DNA from: Promethearchaeota archaeon
GTDB taxonomy: Archaea; Asgardarchaeota; Lokiarchaeia; Sigyniarchaeales; SOKP01
Direction: 5' to 3'
DNA length: 15,838 bases
Assembly: GCA_048938445.1 (NCBI GenBank)
Contig: JBHLME010000105.1
Span: 1 to 15,838 of the forward strand
Shown here: positions 8,778-14,697 of the stretch, piece by piece
How positions within the stretch are numbered: position 1 is the first letter of the stretch
Layout of the letters: the number at the start of each line of letters is the position of its first letter
Notes under the pieces: model-generated
What the model saw: only the letters and a program-made list of their open reading frames with translations
What the model was told of the DNA's origin: nothing
The model's database searches: none
Program-made: the position numbers and the translations under genes

Positions 8778-9569
8778 TTATTCTAAACCTCTTTTTTTTT
8801 TTTCACTTTCTAAAAATTCTTGAATTCTATCAGTTAATCCTATTGTGTGTGCTTCAGTAGCAATTTTTTCAATAGTTTCAATTAATAATCGTTCCGATTC
8901 TATATTTTCACCCCTCAACCAAATTCTTCCATTTTGAGTGACAAAAATATTACATTTAGTTTGACTTTTCAACATTTTAATCATCGAACCTCCACGTCCA
9001 ATTATTCTTGGTATAGAATATGGTCCGATTGAAATGATTGTACCTCCCATTTTTTTACCTAAATACTTTCCTACCGTTGTTAATTCAGGACTATTTAAAC
9101 GGTCTGCTGAAATTACTTTTAAAATCAAAACATCTCCAATTTCATACCTTTCTGTAGAGGAATCACCTTGTTCCGGAGCGGTGTGACGCCCAGCACCCCG
9201 ACCAAATCTACCTCTTTCTTTTTTGATGGTATTCTTTGGTTTAAGCTGGCCTAAATCTTTTGCATTAATATCCAATTTATATTTAACTGGATTTTTATCA
9301 ACTACAATTCCAAGGACTTTATCTCCTGCATGCGGAGTGTAAAATCCCCTTAATGGAATTACATTTATATAATTTTTTCTAATTTGTTTTAATCCAATGG
9401 ATAAAGCAATAATTTTTGTTTTATCTTTATTAAATATTGCACCTCTTCCAGGTACGAAATTATTGATATCTTCGGTTAAAATTTCGCCGGGTACAACAAT
9501 TTCTTTAGCATTTTCAGCAACATCTTCAAAATCTTCTATATCTTGAGATTCGTCTTCGTCATTTTCCAT
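8778..9569 (-). CDS. rrp4: Exosome cap subunit Rrp4 (N-terminal, S1 and KH domains)
   Basis: IVVPGE, YTPHAGDKVLG (S1), IPRIIGRGGSMI (KH GxxG), QNGRIW and EAHTIGLTDRI. ATG 9569 is preceded by GTGA plus 5 nt. Confidence 0.95.
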   Translation of the reverse strand: MENDEDESQDIEDFEDVAENAKEIVVPGEILTEDINNFVPGRGAIFNKDKTKIIALSIGLKQIRKNYINVIPLRGFYTPHAGDKVLGIVVDKNPVKYKLDINAKDLGQLKPKNTIKKERGRFGRGAGRHTAPEQGDSSTERYEIGDVLILKVISADRLNSPELTTVGKYLGKKMGGTIISIGPYSIPRIIGRGGSMIKMLKSQTKCNIFVTQNGRIWLRGENIESERLLIETIEKIATEAHTIGLTDRIQEFLESEKKKRGLE

Positions 9570-9652
9570 ATGTTTCACTATTTCATATCTATTTTATTCT
9601 TTAATAACCTATTTTAGAATAACATAAATGAAATTCAATTAAAAGTAATATC

Positions 9653-10438
9653 TCAGGCTTTTAAGGGTTTTATTTGAACCCTTCCATGTGTTAATTTATT
9701 TAATTTGTCTATCAATTCCATTTGTAGACCAGCTGGTAAACTCAAGATTGAAACCCAAGATCCATCTTTTTGCCATTCTTCTTGTTTAATTTGACCATAT
9801 TGTGCGACTATATTATACCCTTTAGCTGTAAATGTAGAAGGAATTTTTATTGCAATTTGTACTTGCTCCATTCGAATAGGAATAATTGTTTGAATTAATT
9901 TAACAATATCATCAACTTGCTCTTCTGCACTTCTCATAATATCGATCTTAACATTAGCTTCGCTAATTGCCTTCTCTATTCGTTGAACTGGATGAGGTTT
10001 TTTATTTTGAGGATTTATGGCATTTTTACTAATTATTGTAATAATTTGTTTCAATTTTTTTTCTTTTTCTTCTTCTCTTTGACTCTGTGTCCATTGAATT
10101 TCTCCATCTAATAAAATATGACCACTAATAGTTCTTCCATCTGTTGTATTGAAAATTGCTTCCATGTCGCCATCTGTTGCCTTTCTTCCTCTTTTTAAGT
10201 CCTCAAATACAATAAAACTTTCAAAAATTAGTTCTAAATCTATTGCTGAATTATTCAATATATCTTGTACCAATGGGCGTGCTTTTCCTGCTTTCAGTCT
10301 ATTATTTATTTCTTCACGAATTTGTTTTTTTGCTTCCCATGCTTTTTCTGGATCCATTAGCATTTCAAAAGTCCTTCCGCCTTTATCAATGCGACCAATA
10401 ATGTGATCTCCTAAATCTATTCTTGCTCTGTCAATCAT
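9653..10438 (-). CDS. sdo1: Ribosome maturation factor SBDS/Sdo1
   Basis: FEMLMDP, GEIQWT..QR, INPQNKKPHPVQRIEKA, IPIRME, EEWQKDGSW and LPAGLQ. Confidence 0.96.
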   Translation of the reverse strand: MIDRARIDLGDHIIGRIDKGGRTFEMLMDPEKAWEAKKQIREEINNRLKAGKARPLVQDILNNSAIDLELIFESFIVFEDLKRGRKATDGDMEAIFNTTDGRTISGHILLDGEIQWTQSQREEEKEKKLKQIITIISKNAINPQNKKPHPVQRIEKAISEANVKIDIMRSAEEQVDDIVKLIQTIIPIRMEQVQIAIKIPSTFTAKGYNIVAQYGQIKQEEWQKDGSWVSILSLPAGLQMELIDKLNKLTHGRVQIKPLKA

Positions 10439-10563
10439 ATTGTGATTCCTATTAATTTTTGAGAGAATTGTACTCTAATTTCATCCTTTTCTCTTGCATT
10501 ATTGTCGGTTTGTAAGATAATAAAAAAATAAGAATATTACCTTGATTCATATAATAAATTAAA

Positions 10564-11286
10564 TTATACAATTTTTTTTAATAATTCTTCTTTTTGTTCT
10601 ACATTTAATAAGTTAAACTTCCTATCCTTTTCTAATATAAATGCTACATCACACGTGTTTTTGTTTAAATTATCTCCCATTAATTCCTTTAATGTCTTTA
10701 ATGGTAATAACTTCAATTCTTCTTCACTCATATCTTCTTTATAATTTTTTTCAAGAAATGTCCTTGCTTCAGTCGCTCCGGAGCCAATTGCAAAAGCATA
10801 GTAAGACCATAATGCACCAGATGGATCTGTCAAGAACAAGGATGGTTTACCATTTGTATCAATACCAGCAATCAGAAAGCTCACTCCGAATGGCCTTACT
10901 CCGGCATTTTGGGTAAATGCTTGTTTATACTCACAAATATTTAGGGTACAATCCTTTACGCTAATTTTTTCATCATAACTCAGAAGATTAACTTGCGCTT
11001 GAATACGAGCCCTATCAATAAGAACTCTAGCATCAGCAGTCAAGCCAGCAATAGCTACACCTATGTGATCATCAATTTTAAATATTTTTTCTGAACTATC
11101 GGTATCTGCTTGCAATTCAGAAGCTCTTTTCTCAACCGCAAATACCACAGATTTTTTATTCTTACATACTATTGCTGTTGTTCCTCTTCGAACTGCTTCA
11201 ATCGCATATTCAACTTGAAACAGCCTTCCCTCGGGAGAAAATTGAGTAATTGCCATATCGTATCCTCTACCTGCTTGCTGGAACAT
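10564..11286 (-). CDS. psmA: 20S proteasome alpha subunit
   Basis: GYDMAITQFSPEGRLFQVEYA signature, GLTADARVL, RPFGVSFL, TDPSG and AIGSG. Confidence 0.98.
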   Translation of the reverse strand: MFQQAGRGYDMAITQFSPEGRLFQVEYAIEAVRRGTTAIVCKNKKSVVFAVEKRASELQADTDSSEKIFKIDDHIGVAIAGLTADARVLIDRARIQAQVNLLSYDEKISVKDCTLNICEYKQAFTQNAGVRPFGVSFLIAGIDTNGKPSLFLTDPSGALWSYYAFAIGSGATEARTFLEKNYKEDMSEEELKLLPLKTLKELMGDNLNKNTCDVAFILEKDRKFNLLNVEQKEELLKKIV

Positions 11287-11440
11287 TTTTCACATATCTC
11301 CTTATATTTTTTAATTGATATTTATGTTATTTTTTTTTACTTTTACTAATTTAATATCTATAATTAATGTGTAAATATATATTTTTTTTATATAAGCTAT
11401 AAAATAATGAGTTATCTATATGATCGTGACCTTAAACTGA

Positions 11441-11815
11441 TTAACTCCAAGCTAATTTATTGATTAAAATTGACCATTCAAGCAATATTATATCCGTTTC
11501 TTTTGCTATGTGAGCAATGAGGTAATCTCCCTCATTTGTAATCGATCCCGCAATATTTCCCATATCATCTGATATATTTTTAGCAGCAAGTTGTAACTCA
11601 TCATTTTTAATGATAGCAAACCTATGACCTATATAAAAGATGGAATTATTCTTATTCTTCCAGTCTATTAAAAGCTTCTTTGCTTCTTCTGGAGAAAAAT
11701 CTAGCATTCCCTCTTTAAAGATTATTTCTCCCTCATTATTTAGAAGGTAAACTTCTTCTATACCTTTATATTCCTTTAAATCATTAACTATTCTATAAAA
11801 TTTCTTTTCATCCAA
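11441..11815 (-). CDS. Profilin-like protein, paralogue A (TTG start)
   Basis: 124 aa with a profilin-type layout: N-helix, VYLLNNEG, a short helix ending in W, IFYIGHRFAIIKND, AKN..GNI and a C-helix. About 50% identical to its neighbour by hand alignment. Confidence 0.78.
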   Translation of the reverse strand: MDEKKFYRIVNDLKEYKGIEEVYLLNNEGEIIFKEGMLDFSPEEAKKLLIDWKNKNNSIFYIGHRFAIIKNDELQLAAKNISDDMGNIAGSITNEGDYLIAHIAKETDIILLEWSILINKLAWS

Positions 11816-11879
11816 GTGAACATCAATTTTTTTCTGATTTTTCTGCAGATATCGTCATTCAAAAGATAATATATAAAAA

Positions 11880-12248
11880 TTATTTCCACGCAATTTTATT
11901 AATAAGAACGGACCATTCTAAAATCATTCCCTCATCTTTAGTATGAGCAACGAGATAATCTCCATCTTTTGTTATCGATCCTACTACATTTCCTTTTCCT
12001 TGAGCTATATTTTTTCCTGCCAATTGAATATCATCATTTTTTAAAATAGCAAATCTTGAACCTTGGAACATCAGTGCATTTTCCTTTTGTGTCCATGTTT
12101 TAATAATTCCTTTAGCTTCATCATCGGACAAAGTAAAATCTCCAGATTTAAATTTGATATTACCATCTTTATCTAAAAGAAATACTTCATCAACTGCTTC
12201 ATTTTCTTTTAACTCTGACGATGCTTCATTAAATTTCTGCTCATCCAT
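11880..12248 (-). CDS. Profilin-like protein, paralogue B
   Basis: VFLLDKDGNI and LMFQGSRFAILKNDDIQLAGKNIAQGKGNVV resemble the Asgard profilin pattern as I recall it (hhhxKDG...hxhQGxKYhh...GxNxxGKG). ATG 12248 is preceded by GTGA plus 5 nt and aligns with the MDE start of paralogue A. Confidence 0.82.
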   Translation of the reverse strand: MDEQKFNEASSELKENEAVDEVFLLDKDGNIKFKSGDFTLSDDEAKGIIKTWTQKENALMFQGSRFAILKNDDIQLAGKNIAQGKGNVVGSITKDGDYLVAHTKDEGMILEWSVLINKIAWK

Positions 12249-12411
12249 CTTAATCACTAATTTTTATTTTTATACTTCTTTACAAAAAAATTCTTTAATT
12301 TAAATTTTTTTGAAGATTTTAATTGAATTCTTTCCTTTAATCATAATTTTTTTACACTTTGCTTGATTTTTACTCTATAATCTATTAAAATTATGGATAT
12401 GGATATAATAG

Positions 12412-13194
12412 ATGGTAAAAAAAGTCGTATTATATGATAAATTCCCGAATATTACATCAGAAAGGGCTAAAAAAGATCTCTTGTTCAATTATTTAAAATA
12501 TTTAGAGCAACATGTAAAAGTTTTTTCCAAAACTCAAGTAAGAATAAAAAAATTAAGAAATTTTGATAAAAGATTTGAAGTCGAAATCAAGGGACCTGAT
12601 GAAGTTTTCTTAATGAACCTCTTGAGAAAAGAGATTGGTACAATTACAGAATTTAATGATGTAAAAGTTGGTCAAGAATACAAAGGTTCAATGATAGATG
12701 TTGGAAAGTTTGGTTTTGGAATATTCATAGATTGTGCTATTTTAAATCCAAAAGTAGATGTATTACTAAACTTGATTACTTTAAGAAAACAACTCTGTAA
12801 TGGAAATGAAAAATCAACAAGGGATATCATAAAAGCATATAATTTTATAAATAATTTTCCCATATACACTAAAATTGTAAATATTGATATAAAGAATGAT
12901 GAAATTCAGGGGGAAATAGCAGAAAAATCTTTAAAGTTGTTTAAAAAAATTCTGGATGAAAGAATTGAGGCAATATTTGCTAGTGGTGCTACAAAAAGTC
13001 AATTAAAGAAATCTTTAATAAAAACAGGACATCTCAGGGATATTATTTCCATTACTCGTTATTCATTTTTAGATAATATCGTCCTCTTTAAGGAAAATAC
13101 CAATGCTCCAGGAATTATATCTAATGTTGGAAAATACCTAAGAAACTGCAAATTAATTGCATTAAGATATGAAAATATGAATAAATTACTTTAA
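12412..13194 (+). CDS. Conserved archaeal protein, DUF2110-like, with a central S1/OB-like segment
   Basis: 260-aa ORF with GQEYKGSMIDVGKFGFGIFID and a C-terminal TNAPGIISNVG. Family assignment is from recalled motifs. Confidence 0.65.
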   Translation: MVKKVVLYDKFPNITSERAKKDLLFNYLKYLEQHVKVFSKTQVRIKKLRNFDKRFEVEIKGPDEVFLMNLLRKEIGTITEFNDVKVGQEYKGSMIDVGKFGFGIFIDCAILNPKVDVLLNLITLRKQLCNGNEKSTRDIIKAYNFINNFPIYTKIVNIDIKNDEIQGEIAEKSLKLFKKILDERIEAIFASGATKSQLKKSLIKTGHLRDIISITRYSFLDNIVLFKENTNAPGIISNVGKYLRNCKLIALRYENMNKLL

Positions 13195-13284
13195 TTAAAA
13201 TTCTCTATATTCTTCAACTACATAAATAATATAATACCATATATGATTACCAGAAACTGTTTAGATTTGATTTAGTTAAAAAAA

Positions 13285-13391
13285 TGGTGAGCCCGGGGAG
13301 GATTGAACTCCCGACCTTCGCGGTGTAAGCGCGACGTATATTACATATTTTTTTTTTTAAAAATAAATCATAACCACTAGACCACGGGCTC
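13285..13391 (-). tRNA. tRNA-Val(TAC) with encoded CCA and a 31-nt intron at position 23/24 (13338-13368)
   Basis: Acceptor stem GAGCCCG/CGGGCTC, anticodon arm TCGCG-CTTACAC-CGCGA, T arm GGGAG-TTCAATC-CTCCC, ACCA end. Removing the intron gives a 76-nt tRNA with D arm GTCTAGTGGTTATGAC. Confidence 0.93.
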
Positions 13392-13413
13392 AATTTTATT
13401 TTATATATGTAAG

Positions 13414-13525
13414 CGCAAGCGGAGGGATTCGAACCCTCGGGTCCTTTAGGACACTGGATTAGCAATCCAGCGCTTTTGGCATGTTATTCATAAGATAACT
13501 CTCTACCAGGCTAAGCGACGCTTGC
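13414..13525 (-). tRNA. tRNA-Ser(GCT) with a 28-nt intron at position 22/23 (13475-13502)
   Basis: Acceptor stem GCAAGCG/CGCTTGC, discriminator G73, anticodon arm CTGGA-TTGCTAA-TCCAG, long variable arm GTCC-TAAA-GGAC, T arm GAGGG-TTCGAAT-CCCTC. The spliced D stem is GCTT/GAGC. Confidence 0.93.
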
Positions 13526-13651
13526 TTGCGAAATCTTAATTATGATGGTTCTTATATTTTGAAATTAAAGATTTAAAACTTTAATATTTTATTATATCTA
13601 CTTTAACTTACATAGTTAGAAAAAATAGAATATAACTAAAATATAAAATTC

Positions 13652-14149
13652 TTATTCTGTTATGATTTCAAATACCATTTTTTCAATAATAGGCTTCTTC
13701 GTGTATCTTTTATCATAGTACCATCCAACCACATGTCCTTGTTGATTTTTTTCATCAATTGGAGGCACAACAATGATCATGACACCATTGCTTAAATATT
13801 TTAGAATTCGCTTATCTATATTGTGTAATTTTTCATTACCAGAGGGATGCGTGTGAAATTGCCAGGCAATATCTACTCCAAGTTCTTGCTTGACTTTTCG
13901 CATATTATAGATTTTTGATTTCTTATATCTCATCCAACTACGTGGTTTTACATGTACTTTAGTTTTTCGGAGATCAGGATTCATAATGAATTTATTTACT
14001 ATTCCAAAATTTTCTTTTCTATCAGCAAACATCCACCCATGAATAATATAAGGTAATTCTTCTTTAGCTTTTTCAGTAATCTCATCAAATATTTTTTGGG
14101 GTATTAAATACCTGAAATTTTCGGCACTTTTAGAACTAATTTTATACAA
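13652..14149 (-). CDS. JAB/MPN (Mov34)-domain protein with a variant JAMM motif
   Basis: IPQKIFDEI...A..LPYIIHG, FHTHPSG...LHNID, and a hydrophobic strand MIIVVP. Start is uncertain (TTG 14149). Confidence 0.78.
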   Translation of the reverse strand: MYKISSKSAENFRYLIPQKIFDEITEKAKEELPYIIHGWMFADRKENFGIVNKFIMNPDLRKTKVHVKPRSWMRYKKSKIYNMRKVKQELGVDIAWQFHTHPSGNEKLHNIDKRILKYLSNGVMIIVVPPIDEKNQQGHVVGWYYDKRYTKKPIIEKMVFEIITE

Positions 14150-14352
14150 CCTCTTTCAAGTTTATAATAATCTCAATTTAATCTATTAAACGATAAAATA
14201 TATATTTTTCGTTGATTTGGGTGCGAGCTCCATATTCAGAGATGTAAAATAAAAAAAACATTATTTTATTAAAATATTACCCTTTTATGATCAGTTGAAC
14301 GTGTCATATCGTAAAAGTAAAATATCAAAATTAATTTCTTATATTTAACATT

Positions 14353-14370
14353 GGAAAACGATTTAAGCTA
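14353..14370 (+). promoter_or_regulatory. Candidate BRE/TATA promoter of the tRNA-Ser(TGA)/tRNA-Lys pair
   Basis: Purine-rich GGAAAACGA followed by TTTAAG, about 25 nt upstream of the tRNA 5' end. The AT-rich background limits certainty. Confidence 0.4.
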
Positions 14371-14386
14371 TATACCATTTTTAAAC

Positions 14387-14525
14387 GCAGATGTAGCCTA
14401 GCTGGTAAAGCATACTTTTGAGGTGCGCTAAAGACGCCGGCCTTGAGTCATCGCATTTATATATAAATGCCAGTAAGAAAGCCGGTGCGCGTGAGCGCTC
14501 GGGGGTTCGAGTCCCTCCATCTGCG
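14387..14525 (+). tRNA. tRNA-Ser(TGA) with two introns: 24 nt at 22/23 (14409-14432) and 32 nt at the canonical 37/38 site (14448-14479)
   Basis: Acceptor stem GCAGATG/CATCTGC, G73, anticodon stem CCGGC/GCCGG with spliced loop CTTGAGA, variable arm GCGC-GTGA-GCGC, T arm GGGGG-TTCGAGT-CCCTC. Both introns fold as BHB motifs. Confidence 0.92.
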
Positions 14526-14567
14526 CTTTTCATCATGAGATTAAAGCTATAATGAATAGTAATTTAT

Positions 14568-14641
14568 GGGCTATTGGCGCAGGCAGGTAGCGCAGCAGGC
14601 TCTTAACCTGACGGTCGGGGGTTCGATTCCCTCATAGCCCG
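14568..14641 (+). tRNA. tRNA-Lys(CTT), intronless
   Basis: Acceptor stem GGGCTAT/ATAGCCC, D stem GCGC/GCGC, anticodon arm GCAGG-CTCTTAA-CCTGA, T arm GGGGG-TTCGATT-CCCTC. Confidence 0.95.
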
Positions 14642-14697
14642 TTATTCTAATTTTATATTTTATAGTAATAGCATGTAAGATAGATATATTCAAAAAT

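Noticed and set aside
10461-10493. Weak hairpin upstream of SBDS (GAGAGAA...TTTTCTC), considered as a K-turn, SECIS or leader structure
   Set aside because: Pairing is poor on the transcribed strand, there are no tandem GA/AG pairs, and no gene in the window has an in-frame Sec-type TGA.
7607-11349. Plus-strand ORFs 7607-7948, 8047-8535, 9917-10111, 10149-10406, 10641-10916 and 11110-11349
   Set aside because: Antisense shadows of rrp42, rrp41, SBDS and psmA.
12672-12869. 65-aa minus-strand ORF
   Set aside because: Antisense to the DUF2110-like gene.
13247-13465. 72-aa minus-strand ORF
   Set aside because: It is a translation of the tRNA-Ser and tRNA-Val genes.
14216-14227. TTTGGGTGCGAG, resembling part of a tRNA-Pro(TGG) anticodon arm (possible split tRNA or remnant)
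   Set aside because: No T arm, D arm, acceptor stem or complementary leader nearby. A 12-nt resemblance is probably chance.
14200-14320. Possible C/D-box sRNA on the minus strand (two CTGA boxes)
   Set aside because: No RTGATGA C box at a suitable distance.
13526-14386. MPN gene as a tRNA-integrated mobile element
   Set aside because: No integrase, no duplicated tRNA 3' end (att site), and the gene lies at the 5' sides of both tRNA pairs.
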